Position numbers and translations under genes: made by a program. A DNA stretch of 64,000 nucleotides from the IMG/VR virus record IMGVR_UViG_3300005337_000001, positions 1-64,000 of that record. One strand, 5' to 3'. The notes beneath the pieces were generated by a model. It was not told where the DNA came from. It did not search any database and saw only the letters and a list, made by a program, of their open reading frames with translations. Below are positions 61,039 to 64,000 of this stretch, piece after piece. Position 1 is the first letter of the stretch. The number at the start of each line of letters is the position of its first letter. The stretch comes from a virus.

Positions 61039-61530
61039 ATGATCCAACTACGAGGAATGGACGACAACAAGGAAGTGGTCGAGGTGGCTGACGACACCGT
61101 GTGCCACCTCATCGACGGCTTGCACTACACGGACACCAAAGAAGTGCGCCGCATTGGAGCGAAGACGACGCTTCAAGAGCTGCGCGCGTTCGAGATTGTG
61201 GAAGTCGACACGGGCTTGGACGACGACGAGCAGCCCCGCATCATGGCCATCATGCCAAGAAGCAGGAGCGGGGTAGCAGCACTGGTCGCCTCACTGGCGC
61301 TGATGCTGCTCTCTGGCTGCGGTAGTGGAGCGACGTACCACTACAGCTACACTTGCTTCGGTAACGGATGTGCGACGCCGGTGCAAATGTTCGGAGCCAT
61401 GTACCCGCACGTGCTGCCTCAACAGGCGCGCGTCGTGTACGTGAACCGACCGGTTGAGCTGCGTGTGCACAATGATGGGGCTTCAGAGATTCAAAGAAGG
61501 GCGGCGATGCCGCGAAGGAGAGAGCGATGA
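61039..61530 (+). CDS. protein with internal lipoprotein-type signal (LSGC lipobox)
   Basis: AAGGAGG RBS; MPRSRSGVAALVASLALMLLSGC begins at the internal ATG 61252. Confidence 0.65.
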   Translation: MIQLRGMDDNKEVVEVADDTVCHLIDGLHYTDTKEVRRIGAKTTLQELRAFEIVEVDTGLDDDEQPRIMAIMPRSRSGVAALVASLALMLLSGCGSGATYHYSYTCFGNGCATPVQMFGAMYPHVLPQQARVVYVNRPVELRVHNDGASEIQRRAAMPRRRER

Positions 61531-62279
61531 AAAACTACAAGATTCTGAGTATGTTTGTACTGACAATAGTGTTCGTGGCTTGTGGCGGCGCAGAGGTTTC
61601 ACTCGCGCCGTCTGCCAAGGCTGATGAGCCTGCCACCGCAGGTACTGCAGGCCAGGCAGCAAATGCCGGCGGCTCGAGTAGCAACAGCTGCGCGTGCCAG
61701 CCTGGCGCCAAGGGAGACCAAGGCGATCAGGGACCGGCTGGGCCGCAGGGATCCCCGGGTAAAGACGGCATTTCTGCGGTGTGCGTGAACGACTTGAACA
61801 GCTGCCCGCCCGGCGTCCCCGGCGCTAAGGGTGATGCCGGACCTGCAGGCCCCCAAGGCCCACGAGGCGAGGCTGGCCTAGACGGGCTCGACGGCAAGAA
61901 CGGTGCGGTTGGACCAGCGGGGCCGCAAGGCGCCGTGGGTCCTGCCGGTGCTCCGGGTGCAGCTGGTCAACAAGGACCAGCTGGGCCTGCTGGACCTGCG
62001 GGCGCCAAGGGCGCTGATGGTAAGGACGGCATCTCGCTTACCAAAGGCAACCTGTACGTGCGCAGCACCAATCTCACGGCCAGCGTCGCCATCGCGTACT
62101 GCGATGACGAGAACGACATCGCGCTCTCAGGCTCCTGCGGCGGGCAGGGGATCTTCTGGGGCTCGATCGGCGTGTACCAACCCACGGACGAGAACACCAA
62201 GTCCGGATGGGAATGCAGGAGCTCCAACATAGGCGGCAACCCCGTGACTGCCACGGTCGTCTGTGTGGGTGTTCCATGA
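61527..62279 (+). CDS. collagen-like (Gly-X-Y) lipoprotein
   Basis: Signal MKNYKILSMFVLTIVFVAC; two G-X-Y runs; Cys-containing C-terminal domain. Confidence 0.85.
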   Translation: MKNYKILSMFVLTIVFVACGGAEVSLAPSAKADEPATAGTAGQAANAGGSSSNSCACQPGAKGDQGDQGPAGPQGSPGKDGISAVCVNDLNSCPPGVPGAKGDAGPAGPQGPRGEAGLDGLDGKNGAVGPAGPQGAVGPAGAPGAAGQQGPAGPAGPAGAKGADGKDGISLTKGNLYVRSTNLTASVAIAYCDDENDIALSGSCGGQGIFWGSIGVYQPTDENTKSGWECRSSNIGGNPVTATVVCVGVP

Positions 62280-62629
62280 CTGCCAAGAAAGCAGAGGAAG
62301 GAGAATTCTGGATCGAGTTTGCTCCACCGTTCACGAGCAAGCTCGACAAGCTGAAAGAGTTCGTAGATGAGCACGACCAACTCGGCGGGCTCGACAAGAA
62401 ATTCCTGCGTCAGGTGCTCGGAGAGATCGAAGCTAGCAACCTCCGAGTCACCCACTTCAAAGCTGGCATCAAGAAAGTGGACAACGAGAAGCACACGCAG
62501 GTGTGGACCACAGCGTTCGTCATCAACAATGTGAAGGAGTTCAAAGGCGAAGCCGTAGACTTCGCCGATGCGTTCCTGGCCATGGCCGAGAACTTCGAGA
62601 GCTTCATCGACCAAGCAAGCGCGAATTGA
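62276..62629 (+). CDS. hypothetical protein
   Basis: ATGA overlap. Confidence 0.7.
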   Translation: MTAKKAEEGEFWIEFAPPFTSKLDKLKEFVDEHDQLGGLDKKFLRQVLGEIEASNLRVTHFKAGIKKVDNEKHTQVWTTAFVINNVKEFKGEAVDFADAFLAMAENFESFIDQASAN

Positions 62630-62667
62630 GAAGGGTACGGGGTCAAGCCCCGGCCTTCTTTTAGCCC
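62630..62667 (+). terminator. hairpin-U-tract-TAGCCC terminator-like element
   Basis: GAAGG..CGGGG-TCAAG-CCCCG..CCTTC-TTT-TAGCCC. Confidence 0.75.
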
Positions 62668-63425
62668 TCTGCTGCGAACATCGGGTCGTATGATGTGATG
62701 CTGCTCACGTCGACGTCGAACACGTTCAAGTCGTCGCTGTGCATGACCTCGTCAGCGCTCGCTTTGTGCTTGCGCTTCTCTGCAGGTCGACCAGCTCCCA
62801 TGATGTCGCGCTCGGTGAGCGTGCGGATGCGCTTGCGCACTTGATTCACGTCGAGCTCGAGCGCATCGCAGATCGCAACGAAGCCGGTGAGCTCCTTGTC
62901 GTTGAACTCGCGCTGCTTCCACGCCGACGTGCCTTCCTCTTCCACGAAGAGCCAGTGGTACGCGTTGTCGGCCAGCATGCGATTGGCCAGCTTCGAGCTC
63001 GTACGGTAGAGCACCCAGTCGTAGCTGGCGCGCCTGATGATTTCCAGTAGGAGTGCACGGCAGGAGCTCGACTCGAGCAGAGGGTCCGAGTCCAAGCTGT
63101 ACGGCCGCTCGTCGGGGTCCCAGGCGCTGCGCAGGTCCAGGCCGTTGAGGTCTGGCGGCGCCGGCAGCTGCCCCGGCGCCAAGGCCTGGAGGGTGGGCTT
63201 GCGCGCCCGCCGACGCTTGCGTGGACGCCGCGCACGCTGCGGCTGAGGCTCGTCGCCGAGGAGCGACGAAAGCCGCTCGAGCGGGCCCGTTATGGTCTGG
63301 TAAATAAATTCCTCGGACACGTACACGTCCGACGACGCGTCAGACGCACGTCCGGCCTGGTACATCGCGGCGGCCCCCGCGGATACCTCCCGGAGGGCCA
63401 GCTGAAGCTGGCTGTTGTCGAGCAT
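62661..63425 (-). CDS. putative phage helical regulatory protein
   Basis: LLLEIIRRASYDW..A..WLF..FVAICDALELD..VR pattern; start re-picked at MLDNSQ. Confidence 0.55.
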   Translation of the reverse strand: MLDNSQLQLALREVSAGAAAMYQAGRASDASSDVYVSEEFIYQTITGPLERLSSLLGDEPQPQRARRPRKRRRARKPTLQALAPGQLPAPPDLNGLDLRSAWDPDERPYSLDSDPLLESSSCRALLLEIIRRASYDWVLYRTSSKLANRMLADNAYHWLFVEEEGTSAWKQREFNDKELTGFVAICDALELDVNQVRKRIRTLTERDIMGAGRPAEKRKHKASADEVMHSDDLNVFDVDVSSITSYDPMFAAEG

Positions 63426-63427
63426 GG

Positions 63428-64000
63428 CTAACCTACTGAGATGGCGGCTGGCACGTCCCCAAGTACCGGTGTGTTTGGGATGCGAATGATCGAGCGGTCG
63501 GCACGCAAGGCTTGGAGCTCGGCGGTGCCGACGCCAATGCCGCGCAGCACGAGCTTTGATGGCGTCACGTCGACAGCGGCGATGTTGGTGTCGCTGATGC
63601 GCCAGAGCACATCGACGAGCGCGGTGCCAGGCAGCTCTCGCCCCGACGACGCCCACACTGTAGGTATGATTTCGATTTCCGCCGAGGGGCCAAGGCCGAT
63701 GTTGTACGGGCCAGGCGGGTCCAGCGTGACGCGCTCGATAACCGGGAACAGCAGGTCCGGCAGATTGGAGCTCGGGTAGTCGGGGATGGTGATGCAACGC
63801 TGCTGATCTTCGAGACCTTCCACCGTCACGTCGTACTGACCAAAGCGCACGAGGTCGACTTCGAAGTAGCCGCGCTCGTCGGTGCGCCCATGCACACGCT
63901 CTTTGAGCATGGCGTCACCTTCGAACAGTAGCGGGTCGAACCGCGCAATGAAGTGGATGTCGTGGTTCGGAGCTACAGCGCCGTTGGGGTACAGGAAGAA
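63428..64000 (-). CDS. virion-type protein with Ig-like (Big_2) domain; 5' end lies outside the window
   Basis: Frame open to the window end; TDERGYFEVDL, VLWRISDTNIAAV..LRGIGVGTAEL. Confidence 0.7.
   Translation of the reverse strand, partial: FFLYPNGAVAPNHDIHFIARFDPLLFEGDAMLKERVHGRTDERGYFEVDLVRFGQYDVTVEGLEDQQRCITIPDYPSSNLPDLLFPVIERVTLDPPGPYNIGLGPSAEIEIIPTVWASSGRELPGTALVDVLWRISDTNIAAVDVTPSKLVLRGIGVGTAELQALRADRSIIRIPNTPVLGDVPAAISVG

Noticed and set aside
63426-63797. N-terminal 123 aa of ORF 62661-63797
   Set aside because: It overlaps the Ig-like gene in another frame; the real start is more likely ATG 63425.
1-64000. Alternative genetic code (stop-codon reassignment)
   Set aside because: Long genes are intact in code 11, and TAA, TAG and TGA all terminate tightly coupled genes.
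1-64000. Diversity-generating retroelement, integrase or IS element
   Set aside because: No reverse transcriptase, recombinase or transposase motifs and no template/variable repeat pair were recognised.

Overview
This window is a gene-dense, GC-rich segment of a large (probably jumbo) dsDNA bacteriophage. It has about 140 mostly short, translationally coupled ORFs, mainly on the minus strand, interrupted by short plus-strand islands. Recognisable genes include a HerA/DUF87 ATPase, two MazG-like pyrophosphohydrolases, a 5'(3')-deoxyribonucleotidase, an HD phosphohydrolase, a macrodomain, Pth2, a FliA/WhiG-type sigma factor, an orphan receiver domain, sce7726 and Topo VI-A/TOPRIM nuclease-like proteins, and a frameshifted RadC/JAB gene. 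Scattered virion-type genes are also present (beta-helix tailspike, Gly-rich protein, 1035-aa protein, Ig-like protein), plus a collagen-like lipoprotein and two tRNA-like genes. A Myxococcota host is inferred, not shown. Main novel signals: (1) a 9-residue motif [LIVM]-A-x-[GSRK]-M-E-x-A-L shared, with synonymous codon variation, by at least 12 small proteins; (2) a promoter-like motif WTCGGGVATAAGA and a terminator-like hairpin-U-tract-TAGCCC element that bracket six transcription units one-to-one; (3) two tRNA-like RNAs with intact acceptor/D/T arms but elongated, non-canonical anticodon arms; (4) a short ORF carrying scrambled family A DNA polymerase motifs. All function calls come from motif recognition by eye; no database search was run. 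Several start codons were re-picked manually, and some frameshifts may be assembly indels.
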